Assembly: GCA_035604155.1 (NCBI GenBank)
Contig: DATNJA010000240.1
Coordinates: 3,080-67,079, forward strand
Direction of reading: 5' to 3'
Source: Candidatus Udaeobacter sp.
GTDB taxonomy: Bacteria > Pseudomonadota > Alphaproteobacteria > Dongiales > Dongiaceae
Length of the DNA stretch: 64,000 bases
Shown one piece after another: positions 62,402 to 64,000 of this stretch. The notes under the pieces were generated by a model that worked only from the letters and a program-made list of their open reading frames with translations, made no database searches and was not told where the DNA came from. The position numbers and the translations under genes are program-made. Positions within the stretch are counted from its first letter, which is position 1, and each line of letters begins with the position of its first letter.

Positions 62402-63790
62402 CTAGATGTGGAGCGCCCGGCCATAGGCGTCAAGCACCGCCTCATGCATGGTCTCGGAGAGCGTCGGATGGGGGAAGATGGTTGCGATCAATTCCGCCTC
62501 GGTCGTCTCCAGGCCCCGGGCGATGGTGTAGCCCTGGATCAGTTCGGTCACCTCGGCCCCGATCATATGGGCGCCGAGGAACTCGCCCGTCTTGGCATCG
62601 AACACAGTCTTGACCAGGCCTTCCGTCTCGCCCATGGCGATCGCCTTGCCGTTGCCGATATAGGGAAAGCGCCCGACTTTCACTTCCCGACCGGCCGCCT
62701 TGGCCGCCGCCTCGGTCAGGCCCACGCTCGCCACCTGGGGCATGCAATAGGTGCAGCCGGGAACCTTGGTGACGTCGAGGGGGTGGAGGCCTTTCACGCC
62801 GGCGATGCGTTCGACTGCGAGTACCCCCTCATGCATCGCCTTGTGGGCGAGCCATGGCGTGCCCACCAGATCGCCTATGGCATAGACGCCGGGCTCGCCT
62901 GTGGCGCACCAGGGATCGATGACGACGTGAGACTTCTCGACCTTCACCTTGGTCCCTTCGAGACCGAGGTTCTCCACATTGCCGACGATGCCCACCGCCA
63001 GGATCACCCGCTCGACCGCGATCTCGGAGGTGGATGCGCCGGCAGTAACCGTGGCCGTGACTCCGTCGGCGGTTCTGTTCAGGGTCTTCACCGTGGCGCC
63101 GGTCAGAATCTTCATGCCCTGCTTCTCGAAGGACTTGCGAGCGAAAGCCGAGATCTCCGCATCTTCCACCGGCAGGACGCGGTCGAGCACCTCGACCACC
63201 GTCACCTCGGCACCCATGTTGCGGTAGAAGCTGGCGAACTCGATGCCGATGGCGCCGCTGCCGATGACCAGAAGCGACTTCGGCATGCGATCCGGGATCA
63301 TGGCCTCCTTGTAGGTCCAGACGAGCTTGCCGTCGGGCTCGAGACCGGGCAGCACGCGCGCCCTGGCACCGGTCGCAAGGATGATGTTCTTGGCCCGAAG
63401 CGTATCGCCCTTGTCGATCGCGACCATGCCCGCGCCGGCGAGGCGACCGGAACCTTCGATCACCGTCACCTTGTTCTTCCTCATCAGGAATTTGACGCCG
63501 TTCGATAGCTGAGCCGCCACCTTGCGCGAGCGCTCGACGATCTTCTTCGTGTCATAGGCCACGTCCTTGGCCGAGAATCCGTAGTCGCCGAGATGGCGCA
63601 GCAGATGGGCGATCTCCGAGGATCGGAGCAATGCCTTGGTCGGAATGCAGCCCCAATTGAGGCAGATGCCGCCCAGCAGGTCGCGTTCGACCATCGCCGT
63701 CTTGAGGCCGAGCTGGGCCGCACGAATGGCGGCGACATAACCGCCCGGGCCGCTGCCGATGATGACGAGATCGAAACTTTGCTCGGCCAT
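62402..63790 (-). CDS. lpdA: Dihydrolipoyl dehydrogenase (E3)
   Basis: [20 protein letters not shown], redox disulfide [14 protein letters not shown]-terminal HPTLSE. Confidence 0.95.
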   Translation of the reverse strand: MAEQSFDLVIIGSGPGGYVAAIRAAQLGLKTAMVERDLLGGICLNWGCIPTKALLRSSEIAHLLRHLGDYGFSAKDVAYDTKKIVERSRKVAAQLSNGVKFLMRKNKVTVIEGSGRLAGAGMVAIDKGDTLRAKNIILATGARARVLPGLEPDGKLVWTYKEAMIPDRMPKSLLVIGSGAIGIEFASFYRNMGAEVTVVEVLDRVLPVEDAEISAFARKSFEKQGMKILTGATVKTLNRTADGVTATVTAGASTSEIAVERVILAVGIVGNVENLGLEGTKVKVEKSHVVIDPWCATGEPGVYAIGDLVGTPWLAHKAMHEGVLAVERIAGVKGLHPLDVTKVPGCTYCMPQVASVGLTEAAAKAAGREVKVGRFPYIGNGKAIAMGETEGLVKTVFDAKTGEFLGAHMIGAEVTELIQGYTIARGLETTEAELIATIFPHPTLSETMHEAVLDAYGRALHI

Positions 63791-63794
63791 GCTG

Positions 63795-64000
63795 CTAGAT
63801 CCTTTCGACGGGGCCGCGGGTCAGAGCGCCGGCGGTTGCGTCGCCCGTATTGACCACGCCGCGGCGCTCCAGCAGCAGGATTTCGCATTCCTGCTCGGCA
63901 AAGGGTTTGTGCTCGACCCCGCGCGGCACGACGATCATCTCGCCAGCTGAGAGCGACACCTGCCGGTCGCGGAAATCCATGCGGAATGCGCCTTTCAGGA
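63795..64000 (-). CDS. Cupin-domain protein, 5' end outside window
   Basis: [14 protein letters not shown] cupin motif. The frame stays open upstream of the listed ATG to the window edge (..[11 protein letters not shown]). Confidence 0.6.
   Translation of the reverse strand, partial: LKGAFRMDFRDRQVSLSAGEMIVVPRGVEHKPFAEQECEILLLERRGVVNTGDATAGALTRGPVERI

Noticed and set aside
63955-64000. An apparent frameshift in the cupin gene. The printed last line has 41 bases and reads ...gacacc/ctgcc..., whereas the ORF-track translation (..DRQVSLS..) requires ...gacacctgcc...
   Set aside because: This looks like a display discrepancy of one extra c at the line break rather than biology. The ORF-track coordinates are self-consistent with a 64000-nt sequence, so I followed the track.

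Overview
GC-rich chromosomal segment (about two-thirds G+C by eye, strong GC3 bias). Gene order and content look alphaproteobacterial (Rhodospirillales- or Rhizobiales-like); no finer taxon can be assigned from the sequence alone. I can support about 65 protein genes and one tRNA-Pro(GGG). I see no rRNA, CRISPR array, transposase, integrase, phage genes or recognisable defence system. Content is mostly housekeeping in classic syntenic blocks: APS kinase (partial); an M23 peptidase plus bactofilin pair; threonine dehydratase, hydrolase and Slt; ornithine-type decarboxylase with two DMT exporters; hemB; metY flanked by two OsmC paralogs; gcdH; a liv/bra branched-chain amino-acid ABC operon; glyA-nrdR-ribD-ribE-ribB-ribH-nusB-thiL; H+-PPase; bamE-cbp3-yceD-rpmF-plsX-fabH-ihfA-merR-tRNA-Pro; mazG; hfq-hflX; ntrX-ntrY-ntrC-ntrB-dusB; ispDF-cinA; lipA-lpd. 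Many long ORFs in the supplied track are antisense or alternative-frame artefacts of GC richness. Several real genes start well inside the listed ORFs. I found no clear-cut novel system. The best candidates for a second look are these. (1) A GG-terminated MoaD/ThiS-like beta-grasp protein translationally coupled to a cytoplasmic six-Asp-box BNR propeller, close to metY, with no E1 or JAB partner in the window. (2) An extra LivH-type permease fused to an unrecognised secreted N-terminal domain at the head of the liv operon. (3) A palindromic repeat element shared by two convergent intergenic spacers and abutting three TAG stop codons. (4) A possible SAM-II-like switching leader upstream of the osmC-like/metY pair. 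(5) A conserved-looking gene interrupted by a single in-frame TGA. All functional calls rest on motif recognition by eye; no database search was run.
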